From: an uncultured Clostridia bacterium
GTDB lineage: Bacteria; Bacillota; Clostridia; TANB77; CAG-508
Reading direction: 5' to 3'
NCBI GenBank assembly: GCA_947631745.1
Contig: CANRMM010000042.1
Coordinates: 1-57,337, forward strand
Length of the DNA stretch: 57,337 nucleotides
Below the pieces are notes generated by a model. The model did no database searches. It had not been told where the DNA came from and saw nothing but the letters and a program-made list of their open reading frames with translations. The translations under genes were made by a program, and so were the position numbers. Every line of letters starts with the position of its first letter. Position 1 is the first letter of the stretch. Of the stretch, positions 51,101 through 57,337 are shown in pieces.

Positions 51101-51377
51101 TAAGAAGAATGTCTGATACAAGTCCACATCTTAAATAATTTCCTTCTAATAGGTCATGGCTTAATACTGTATTTTCAGGTATTTGGCCTTTTAATACAGT
51201 AGAAAATATTTCTAAATTATAAATTCCTTTTCCTGCAAAGATTCCCTCTTGAAAATTGTCTTGATAAATATCAAAAATTGCTGTTGTATATGAGTCTGTT
51301 CCTCCTGAGCCTGCATATATTTTTGTAAACTTTGTTTTTCTTGCCGATTCTAAGTTAATTCCTACTCTTGGTTGCAT
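45159..51377 (-). CDS. Cgs/NdvB-like beta-1,2-glucan synthase, C-terminal part (GT core, glucoamylase-like domain, GH94 phosphorylase)
   Basis: SHDLLEG, RLHRWTRGDWQ, RTSPTNIG, YDLLASEAR, YQSGGAYGFRDQLQD, GDWNDG, ENGGQYTH; frame open back to about 51389. Confidence 0.9.
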   Translation of the reverse strand: MQPRVGINLESARKTKFTKIYAGSGGTDSYTTAIFDIYQDNFQEGIFAGKGIYNLEIFSTVLKGQIPENTVLSHDLLEGNYLRCGLVSDILLMDGYPTNYNSFKTRLHRWTRGDWQIIRWLKNKTKNEKGEVQQNSLNVISKYKIFDNLIRSLFIPLILISFITLILMDIINPINIWPLITAIFISLIMPSILEIINKIIYKKNGETIQKTFDKQINSFKGSFIRGILEISTLPDKAYMYINAISKTIYRMLISKKKLLEWTTAEEAEKKAKNTIYAYYKDMIPNIVLGILTLILLIFYHDGIYTILLFLLAVLWLIGPAIQYDIGKTIKNKKLIDKISEQEKEYILEIARRTWQFFKEHLNEKGHFLPPDNYQEDRNPKVVYRTSPTNIGLALLSVASSYDLGFENQENTLTLLEKMLETINQLAKWNGHLYNWYNIENLEPLTPRYISTVDSGNFIGYLYVLKQFLITIKTEKDVEDVENNNQKTIENADNRIPNMITIIDTLIQNTKFEHLYVEENKIFSIGYNVEENNLTPSYYDLLASEARQASFIAIAKRDIPAKHWYALSRSLTILNKYKGLISWSGTAFEYLMPNINIPGPEGSLLNESIKFAIMSQEQYSKKLNIPWGISEAAFHLKDLNNNYQYKAFGIPWLGIKRGLADEIVVSSYGSVMAINEVPKDVIQNLKKLEKEGMLGKYGLYESIDYTPNRLRKNEKNAIVKTYMAHHQGLILLSINNFLKEQILQKRFMKNPEIKAINILLQEKMPENIVITKEHKEKIEKIKNIDYESYCQREYNKINEKTNPINVIANDNYTIVIDQNGKGYSKYKNIIINRYKETDEEEQGIFFYLRNIKTKRIWTSSNMNYLSKPDKYNVIYTPDQDKFTRVDGNIETTTKIVVMPDEPVEIRQIELKNHGITEETIEITSFIEPVLSTMSQDNAHKAFNNLFLSYELIDDIIVVKRKKRSKEEQDIYLAVNLYTENETIGELEYEIDKEKFIGRGNLLLPKVIQKGLPMGRKIGMTTDPIIAMKKTASILPDKTFKLNLIISIAKEKEEALRMIYENQNSEKIERNMDLAKAKVEAENMYLGIKGKEIENYQEMLRYLIYQNPLKELMGKGNIPEKAPTTELWKYGISGDLPILVVKIKEINDIDVVKEAIKAYEYFRIKNIQIDLVIINEEKKNYENYVQEEIQNAILDRNVSYLQNQKGGIFVLNNLEKDSKKIIEYRANLLIDSSLGNIQRQLKDIEEEYLDKMKRTAKEIGKEEYIESETLRKPLDDKNLKYYNEYGGFSNDGKEYLIRTNKDDRLPTVWSNILANEKFGTVVTENMGGYTWYKNSRLNRITAWNNNQVTDVPSEIIFLRDLKNQKTWSLGLNPMPDNNDYYITYGFGYSKYQHTSDGIVQKLDIYIPRKDSIKVQILHLENLETQKKELKLVYYIKPVLDEDELKSNGYLQLEYKENSNLITVENKINEENKTILYISSSEKINSYTGNKKDFIGTGTLSNPEALQELELDRQNSLGKESMVAIELKITLEALENKDIVLVLGAEENMIACQDKAYKYTNINNAIAEYEKEKKYWQNNIERLQVNTPLESTNIILNGWLIYQTLCSRIYARSGYYQSGGAYGFRDQLQDCICLKYIDTNIVKNQIIKHSKHQFIEGDVEHWWHEETSRGIRTRFSDDLLWLPYMVAEYINFTGDYKILEEETNYLQGEILPEGVDEKYDLYVPSDKKESIYQHCKRAIEKALVMGENGLPKIGSGDWNDGFSTVGNKGKGESVWLGFFLYVVLKRFIPICEEKKEKEVAEKYKEIMESLRRALNTAGWDGRWYKRAFMDNGDILGSIQNEECRIDSIAQSWATISEAGDNDKKYISIESLENHLIDRENGIIKLLDPPLEKSKLEPGYIKAYLPGTRENGGQYTHSAVWAIIAEAMLGFGEKANEYFRMINPIEHSRTKEEANKYKVEPYVIAADIYGVGNLAGRGGWTWYTGSSSWFYEAGIKYILGLRIEKGTLTLNPCISSDWKEYSIKYKYGESIYNIKVTNPNKKNTGIEKMILNGEVVKEKIIRLNPNGGIYQIEAEI

Positions 51378-53388
51378 AATTCCATATCCGTTGTATTACT
51401 TTATTATTTTCTCTATTTAAAATTGGAGTATTTAATATATGAGCCATAGCTCCTATTAATTCTAGTCCTGAGTTTAATACTAATTCTGTATCTGAATCTA
51501 ATGTAATAACATATTTTATTTTTGGTATTGGAGTTTGTTTCTTTACTTCTTCTATAGTGTTTGTTCTAAATTCATTTTTTTGATTTTCTAAAATATATTT
51601 ATTAAATTGATTTAATAAACCTCTTTTTCTTTCCCAGCCTAAAAAGCAATTTTCTTTTTGATTCCAAGTTCTTTTTCGATATAGAAAATGGAATTTCGGA
51701 AAATCTTGTGATGGATATTTTATATTTAGTTCCTGAGTATATTTTTTCCCTGCTCTTATAACATTTTCGTCTATATCTTCTTTTTCTTTACTGCTACTTG
51801 AGCAATCTCCTAATAATGCAAAATATATGTTTTCGCTCTTATTTGCTAAATAATATATTTCTAGTTTTTCCATTAGTTCTCTTACTTTTTCTTCGTTATC
51901 TATAATTGTTGGTATAACAACAAAAGTTGCTTCTTCTTTTGGAATTCCATTTGAAAAGTCTAATTTTGGAATTGGTTTTGGTTTTACTATTTTTCCTAAT
52001 ACATATTGTAAAATTTGAATTACTATTTCTTCTATAGGAGTATATATTAGAAGTGCTACTAGAATTGTTACAATAAGTTGATGTATTTGTTTATATAAGT
52101 AGATTCCTAGTAAAATAGTAATTGTTAGTGATATTACCTTTTTCGTTACTATCCATAACCACATTTTTTGGTTTGGTGTTAGGACATTTTTTTTCTTATT
52201 TTCTAATATTTCTTTTAGTTCTTTTTTACCTTCTCCTATTAAATAATATCCAACATGTTTTTGCTTTTCTATTTCTTTTTGAATATCGTTTTCATTTATG
52301 TTTTGGTATTTTCTTATTTTTTCCGTTCTATCCTTTTTAGCTAATTCTAATGTTTTTCTTGCAATATAAATTTCTGATATTTTTGTTTTTCTTGCTAGCT
52401 CTTCTATTGTATTTCTATAATTAATTTTCGTCTTATAATCCATTCTTTCATATACTTGTGCTGGATCATCTTTTAAAATGTCATCTACTTTATTGATGCT
52501 TTCAAAAATTTCAATTAAGTTTGTTCTTTGTAGAGTTTTAATACTTGTAATGCAGTTTCCCATTGATACTTTTTTAGTTGCTATATCAAAATGTTCCTTT
52601 TTTATAATATCTGAAATGTCTGTTCCCATTTTGCCTACTTGTTCTTCTAGTATGTTTAAAAATGCATAGGCTCTTTTTCCATATTTTCTTAATTTATATG
52701 ACATATATTCAATAAATGGATATTTCATATCACTTACTGTATTTACTTTTTCTTTATACTCTTTGATGTTTTTAAATTGTAATTCTTCTTTTCTTTTATT
52801 TTCAATAAGTCGTTCTATGATATTTTCTACTTTATATTTTTGTAGTTGAGAAGAGTATATTGCTTCACAAATAGTTCTAATATTTTCTATTAAAGCGATT
52901 TGTATAAAAATTCCTAAATTCCATATTTCTTCCATACTTAAATTCTTTTTTTGTTGGTAAGCTTGTAGATAATCTACTAAGTTTTTGGTTTCTATTTTAT
53001 TGTCTGTATATGCTACTATTTCTGATGCTAATACATATATTCTTGCAAATCCTTGATATACACCATTTCCTATTGCTAAAAATTTTTTATATTTTTTTAA
53101 TGTCATTTCTTTTTGAATTGTTTTTACTGTTTCTTCTATGGCATAATAATTATCTAAAATCCATTCTCCTGCTGGGTGAATGGGAATATTTAATTTTAGG
53201 TGTTCATTTAATATATGATATACCTCTGTAATGACTTCAAAGTTTTCTGTCATTCTTGGAATGGGGTATGTGTCTTTAGCTGATTTATTTTGTAAAATAT
53301 GGTCAGAGGCTATTTTTTCTAAGTATTTTTCTAGTTGTTGTTTGTCTAGCAATGCTCCTTTTATATTTAATACTCTGTATCTTTTCAA
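51355..53388 (-). CDS. Cgs/NdvB-like protein, N-terminal part (frameshifts at about 51390)
   Basis: AGEWILDNYY, DPAQVYERMD, PKLDF, GWERKRG, YVITLDSDT, AMAHILN; TTG start. Confidence 0.88.
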   Translation of the reverse strand: MKRYRVLNIKGALLDKQQLEKYLEKIASDHILQNKSAKDTYPIPRMTENFEVITEVYHILNEHLKLNIPIHPAGEWILDNYYAIEETVKTIQKEMTLKKYKKFLAIGNGVYQGFARIYVLASEIVAYTDNKIETKNLVDYLQAYQQKKNLSMEEIWNLGIFIQIALIENIRTICEAIYSSQLQKYKVENIIERLIENKRKEELQFKNIKEYKEKVNTVSDMKYPFIEYMSYKLRKYGKRAYAFLNILEEQVGKMGTDISDIIKKEHFDIATKKVSMGNCITSIKTLQRTNLIEIFESINKVDDILKDDPAQVYERMDYKTKINYRNTIEELARKTKISEIYIARKTLELAKKDRTEKIRKYQNINENDIQKEIEKQKHVGYYLIGEGKKELKEILENKKKNVLTPNQKMWLWIVTKKVISLTITILLGIYLYKQIHQLIVTILVALLIYTPIEEIVIQILQYVLGKIVKPKPIPKLDFSNGIPKEEATFVVIPTIIDNEEKVRELMEKLEIYYLANKSENIYFALLGDCSSSSKEKEDIDENVIRAGKKYTQELNIKYPSQDFPKFHFLYRKRTWNQKENCFLGWERKRGLLNQFNKYILENQKNEFRTNTIEEVKKQTPIPKIKYVITLDSDTELVLNSGLELIGAMAHILNTPILNRENNKVIQRIWNYATKSRN

Positions 53389-53395
53389 AAAAATT

Positions 53396-53443
53396 CCACT
53401 CCTTGTAAAATATGTTTTTATTCATATTTTTACCAAGGAGTGG
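53396..53443 (-). terminator. Long hairpin after cwlD whose 3' arm contains the cgs RBS
   Basis: CCACTCCTTG...CAAGGAGTGG with inner TAAAAATATG/CATATTTTA, followed by T7 and the TTG start. Confidence 0.65.
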
Positions 53444-53448
53444 TTATA

Positions 53449-54159
53449 TTATTCATAAAAATAATCTATGATGCCATTGTAAATTCCCCATGCTAGCTTA
53501 TCTTGATATTCATCTGTTAATAATAATCTTTCTTCTTCAGGATTTGATAAAAATCCACATTCAACAATGGAAATTGGAATTTCTACATGTTTCATAATAT
53601 ATACTGTATCTAATTTCATTGGTACTCTTTTGTTTTCTCTTTGTATGCTTTCATTTAAATTTGTTTGAATACTTTGTGCTAATTTTCGACTATTTTCATC
53701 GTTTGGTTTAAAAAATGTTTGCCAGCCATCATATTGTGATTGTGGAATTTTATTTAGATGTATTGATACAAATATATCTGCACTTGACTCATTTCCTATT
53801 TTTACACGATTATGAATGTCAGATACTTTCTTTTCTCTTAAAGTATTACTATCTATATCATAAATAGCATTTTCATCACTTCGTGTTAAAATTACTGTGG
53901 AACCACTTTGTTCTAGTAGGTTTTGCAGTTTTAGTGCAATTTTTAAGTTTGTCTGTGCTTCTGTTGTTCCTGTGCTGCTTTCTGCTCCTTCATCTGGTAT
54001 TCCATGGCCTGCATCAATTACAATTACTTTATTACTAACCGGTAATGCTACTGTTGATACTGTTTCTTCCGTTTGCCCTATTTGAAAACTAAATACTAAT
54101 AATGCTACACATATCATACTTATAATCGCAATTAATCTTTTTCGATTTAAAACAATCAT
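53449..54159 (-). CDS. cwlD: Spore cortex N-acetylmuramoyl-L-alanine amidase CwlD
   Basis: IDAGHG, LTRSDE, REKKVSDIHNR, SIHLN, VECGFLSNPEE; ATG 54159 behind AAGGGG. Confidence 0.85.
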   Translation of the reverse strand: MIVLNRKRLIAIISMICVALLVFSFQIGQTEETVSTVALPVSNKVIVIDAGHGIPDEGAESSTGTTEAQTNLKIALKLQNLLEQSGSTVILTRSDENAIYDIDSNTLREKKVSDIHNRVKIGNESSADIFVSIHLNKIPQSQYDGWQTFFKPNDENSRKLAQSIQTNLNESIQRENKRVPMKLDTVYIMKHVEIPISIVECGFLSNPEEERLLLTDEYQDKLAWGIYNGIIDYFYE

Positions 54160-54193
54160 GAATTTTCCCCTTTTCAATTTTATCTTTTTTCTA

Positions 54194-54222
54194 TATATAT
54201 GTTTTTGATTGTTTTTTATTCG
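54194..54222 (-). promoter_or_regulatory. Putative sigmaE promoter of cwlD
   Basis: GAATAAA-13 bp-CATATATA; cwlD is sigmaE-controlled in model spore formers. Confidence 0.5.
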
Positions 54223-54234
54223 AAAAAAATTATT

Positions 54235-54279
54235 GACTCATATATGATTGATTTTTCTTTATTCAGTCATATATGAGCC
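54235..54279. terminator. Stem-loop/terminator after the GGDEF gene
   Basis: gactcatatatgattga/tcagtcatatatgagcc. Confidence 0.6.
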
Positions 54280-54291
54280 ATATTTTTTTAT

Positions 54292-55230
54292 TTATTCTGT
54301 TGTTTCTTTTCTTCTATCAATTGAGTATGTACTTCCAGGAATTGTTTTAGCTAAGTGCTTTATTTGTGCTCCTACTTCTCCTATTTCTAATGCATTATGA
54401 AATCTGCCTTTGTCTACTACTACAACTCCTATTGATAGGGAGGTTAAAGCAAATTCTTCTATTATGCCTTTTCTATTTGGTACTTCTAGATATCCTTTTT
54501 CTATATCTTCCTCATTGAAATATTTGCCTACATTTTTTTCAAATTCTGCTATAATACTTTGGCATATTCCTTCATAGTCGTCTTTGGCTGACACAATTCC
54601 TATAAAATCATCTCCTCCTATGTGGCCTACAAAGCCTGTGCAATTTGTTTGTGTTTCTATATTTTTCACAATTATTTTAGCTGTAAATTTAATAATTTCG
54701 TCACCGTTTAAAAATCCATATACGTCGTTATATGCTTTGAAATTGTCTAAATCTAAGTATAGCATTGCAAATTCTTCTTTATTTAGTAATCTCTTTTTTA
54801 TTTCTGCTTGAATTTGTACATTTCCTGGTAATCCTGTTAATGGGCTTACTCGTCTATTTGTGTATAGCAGGCGAATAACATTGTGAACCGTGTAAAATAA
54901 ATACTCATCATCTATAGGTGCTTTGATATAATGTTCTATACCTTCTCTTAATACGTCAATTCGATGTTCTTTTTCTTTATTTGATGAAATAACAATAATT
55001 GGAGTAATACTATTATCTTCATTTTGTCTAATTTTTTGACATAATTCAACTATATTTTCATCTAATGTATCTTCATTAATAATAATGAGTGATGGTATAT
55101 TTTTTAAAGCTTCATCAATTCTTTTTGTATCTACTTTTTGAAATTTATATTCTTTTTCTTGTTTAAATAGTTCTTGTAACTTTTGTTTCAATTCATCATT
55201 ATTATCTATTAAATAGATATCTTGTCCCAT
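54292..55230 (-). CDS. Receiver-like plus GGDEF-family protein
   Basis: SPLTGLPGN, DLDNFKAYNDVYG, HIGGDDF. Confidence 0.88.
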   Translation of the reverse strand: MGQDIYLIDNNDELKQKLQELFKQEKEYKFQKVDTKRIDEALKNIPSLIIINEDTLDENIVELCQKIRQNEDNSITPIIVISSNKEKEHRIDVLREGIEHYIKAPIDDEYLFYTVHNVIRLLYTNRRVSPLTGLPGNVQIQAEIKKRLLNKEEFAMLYLDLDNFKAYNDVYGFLNGDEIIKFTAKIIVKNIETQTNCTGFVGHIGGDDFIGIVSAKDDYEGICQSIIAEFEKNVGKYFNEEDIEKGYLEVPNRKGIIEEFALTSLSIGVVVVDKGRFHNALEIGEVGAQIKHLAKTIPGSTYSIDRRKETTE

Positions 55231-55231
55231 A

Positions 55232-56008
55232 TTATTTCTCCTTATTTTTTAATTTTTTCTTTATTTTATCGTACTTTTCCATAAATTTATTCATTGGTTC
55301 TGATTGCATTGTTGGGAATGCTTTTTTTAGTCTTACAATTAGCCTATATGTTCTTATTTTTATTCTATCTTGTTTTTTCTTTAAATTTGTAATAATTTTT
55401 TGTTTTTCTTCTTTACTTTCTTTAGCTGATTTATCATTTTTTAATTCTTTAATTTTTTCTTTTATTAATGTACTAATTTCATGTAACTGTTGCATTTTTT
55501 TATCAATAAATAAAAACTTGCTTACTGTTACAATAACATCTATTGTAAAAATAGTATATATAACAATATTGATGTATAATAAAATGTTTTCTGGAATTAG
55601 ATTTACAAGGTTTTCTATAATTAGTGGATGAACAATTTTTAATAGTAAAACTCCTATTATTCCCCAATAAATAGAATTTTGTAAACATATTCTTCCATTT
55701 AAATTAAATTTAACATCTGAATAATCCCAATATTTAGTTTTAAATACTTTTTCTAGAATTACTCCTACTACATATTCCCAAATAGTTAATGTGATCATAC
55801 TAACAAAAAATATTATTATAGGATTTTCTGATATTCTAGATAATAATAATATCATTATCATTGAACCGAAACCATAAATTGGGCAGAATGGTCCATATAA
55901 GAACCCACTATTTATTAATTTTTTTTCTATAATTGATCTGTAAATTGATTCTATTAACCATCCTAAAAATGTATATATAGCGAAGTAAAGTAATATCTTA
56001 AGGTTCAT
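55232..56008 (-). CDS. Putative ABC permease (CmpB/DUF1113-like)
   Basis: FLGWLIES, GFLYGPFCPIYGFG, WDYS...NLNGRICL. Confidence 0.85.
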   Translation of the reverse strand: MNLKILLYFAIYTFLGWLIESIYRSIIEKKLINSGFLYGPFCPIYGFGSMIMILLLSRISENPIIIFFVSMITLTIWEYVVGVILEKVFKTKYWDYSDVKFNLNGRICLQNSIYWGIIGVLLLKIVHPLIIENLVNLIPENILLYINIVIYTIFTIDVIVTVSKFLFIDKKMQQLHEISTLIKEKIKELKNDKSAKESKEEKQKIITNLKKKQDRIKIRTYRLIVRLKKAFPTMQSEPMNKFMEKYDKIKKKLKNKEK

Positions 56009-56945
56009 AACTCATCTCTCTTACATCTGAAAATACTAGATCTTCTACATTTGTAATTGTTATTTTTATAATATTCGTTCCTTCTTTTAGTGGTATATTA
56101 TTTAATATTATTTCTTTTTGATTCATATTATCTTGAGCATATATTTGACCATTTAAATTAATTTCTACTTTTTTAATTCCTGCATCATCATTGATTTGTA
56201 ATGTTAAAATGTTTTTATTTTGACTCATTTGTACTTTTGGTGTTTCTGAAACTACTATTTTTTCTTCCATTGTTTCTATGTTTCCCGATGTATCAACTGC
56301 TGTTACTAGTAAGTTATTTTCTCCTCTGTTATCAAATGTTAAAATATAGTTTAATGTTTTGTCTTCTATCTCTGACTTATCTATTCTTATTTCTTCTCCA
56401 TCATTAATTTGATAAGTAATATATGCCATTTCTGTTTCATCTGTGGCTGATATTTTTACATTGCCATTATTTTGTTTTTCAATGTTGATTGTTGGCTTTG
56501 TCATATCTATTCCCTCAACTTCTATTTGTTTGATATATTTTATTGCTCTACCTGTTTCATCTTCAATTGTTAAATGTATAGTGTTATTTTGATTTAATAA
56601 TGTAATTTGTTCTTCCATATAATTACTTTCAATTGGAATTACTGTTTCTTCTGCATTATCCCAGCTATATTTAAATTTCATTATTTTATTAATGCTATTG
56701 GCTGTTATTATGATTGTATCATTTTCTCTGTGCATGCTAACAACTGGCATATCTTTTGTGTTTCTTCCTTTAGATTCTTTATATATAGCATAAGAACCTT
56801 GTCCTATAAAAGAAATGCCAAAAATAATTAATACAATTGCGAAAAAACGTACAATATTTTTTATTTCAATTGGTCCTGAAGAACTTGTTTTGGTTTTATT
56901 TTTCGTTTTCTTACTCTTGTCTTCAACCATTAAAATTTGATTCAT
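55998..56945 (-). CDS. Membrane-anchored protein with Ig-like beta domains
   Basis: GAGGTG RBS before MNQILM at 56945; TM helix; DMTKPTI, VTAVDTSGN. Confidence 0.7.
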   Translation of the reverse strand: MNQILMVEDKSKKTKNKTKTSSSGPIEIKNIVRFFAIVLIIFGISFIGQGSYAIYKESKGRNTKDMPVVSMHRENDTIIITANSINKIMKFKYSWDNAEETVIPIESNYMEEQITLLNQNNTIHLTIEDETGRAIKYIKQIEVEGIDMTKPTINIEKQNNGNVKISATDETEMAYITYQINDGEEIRIDKSEIEDKTLNYILTFDNRGENNLLVTAVDTSGNIETMEEKIVVSETPKVQMSQNKNILTLQINDDAGIKKVEINLNGQIYAQDNMNQKEIILNNIPLKEGTNIIKITITNVEDLVFSDVREMSYEP

Positions 56946-57021
56946 GCATTTCACCTCATTATACTGGAAATTATATCACAAGCTATTTTTAATGTAAACT
57001 ATTATAACATATTTTGTAAGT

Positions 57022-57051
57022 AAAAGGATGACAAATGATTGTCATCCTTTT
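57022..57051. terminator. Intrinsic terminator
   Basis: aaaaggatgacaa/ttgtcatcctttt. Confidence 0.75.
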
Positions 57052-57061
57052 GTTGTTTTAT

Positions 57062-57337
57062 TTAGATTACAAATTTTCTAATTAATGTAATTCCTCCACC
57101 TAAAATAGCTAGTACTGCCATTGTTAATGCAATGTATGTACCTGTTACACTACCTGTTACAATTGAAAGAACTACTGATGCATCATCAATATCATCTTCT
57201 TTTGGTTTATTATTGTCTGGTGTTGAGTCAATATCGTCTGTATCATCGTGGTCATTATAGTCTTTGCTTATCTCTGCTACGTTTGTTTTTAGTCCTAAAT
57301 TGTTATGTCCATTTATCCATCTGAATGTAATCTCTAT
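57062..57337 (-). CDS. C-terminus of a cell-surface protein (runs off the window edge)
   Basis: Manual translation: ...NVAEISKDYND...DIDSTPDN...EDDIDDASVVLSIVTG, then TM helix and RKFVI*. Confidence 0.75.
   Translation of the reverse strand: MEITFRWINGHNNLGLKTNVAEISKDYNDHDDTDDIDSTPDNNKPKEDDIDDASVVLSIVTGSVTGTYIALTMAVLAILGGGITLIRKFVI

Noticed and set aside
22-57324. All + strand ORFs, and the nested - strand ORFs 39442-39627 and 55503-55688
   Set aside because: They are antisense or alternate-frame shadows of well-supported genes, with no motifs or RBS support.
1-57337. tRNA, rRNA or riboswitch genes (including a cobalamin riboswitch before cbiM)
   Set aside because: None recognisable by eye; the cbiM leader is under 80 bp and AT-rich. 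An Infernal or tRNAscan run would be decisive.

Overview
AT-rich chromosomal segment of a spore-forming Clostridia-like gut Firmicute; all credible genes lie on the - strand. The backbone is housekeeping: the str operon (rpsL-rpsG-fusA'), trmFO, an SNF2 helicase, topA, the dcw cluster (mraZ-rsmH-ftsL-spoVD-murE-mraY-ftsW/spoVE-murG), a Fic/VbhA pair, a sortase, rsmA, a second intact class B PBP, a frameshifted ~2740-aa Cgs/NdvB-like beta-1,2-glucan synthase, cwlD and a GGDEF protein. Main discovery: the dcw class B PBP gene (spoVD-like) is interrupted by 17,947 bp. This appears to be TWO tandem large-serine-recombinase elements (10,655 bp and 7,292 bp) inserted 6 bp apart, splitting the gene into three pieces: a 5' part at 34985-36846, an 8-bp micro-segment at 24324-24331, and a 3' part at 16743-17033. 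Each element has its own symmetric 14-bp inverted-repeat arms. Excising both restores an in-frame ~718-aa PBP (...GEGGHQGGGVAAP...). The layout suggests an ordered, sporulation-triggered excision cascade (inference). Secondary oddities include a +1 frameshift at the only in-frame CGG codon I found in the AT-rich genes, and an unexplained CAAAAGATA array between mraZ and rsmH. All coordinates and counts were obtained by hand.
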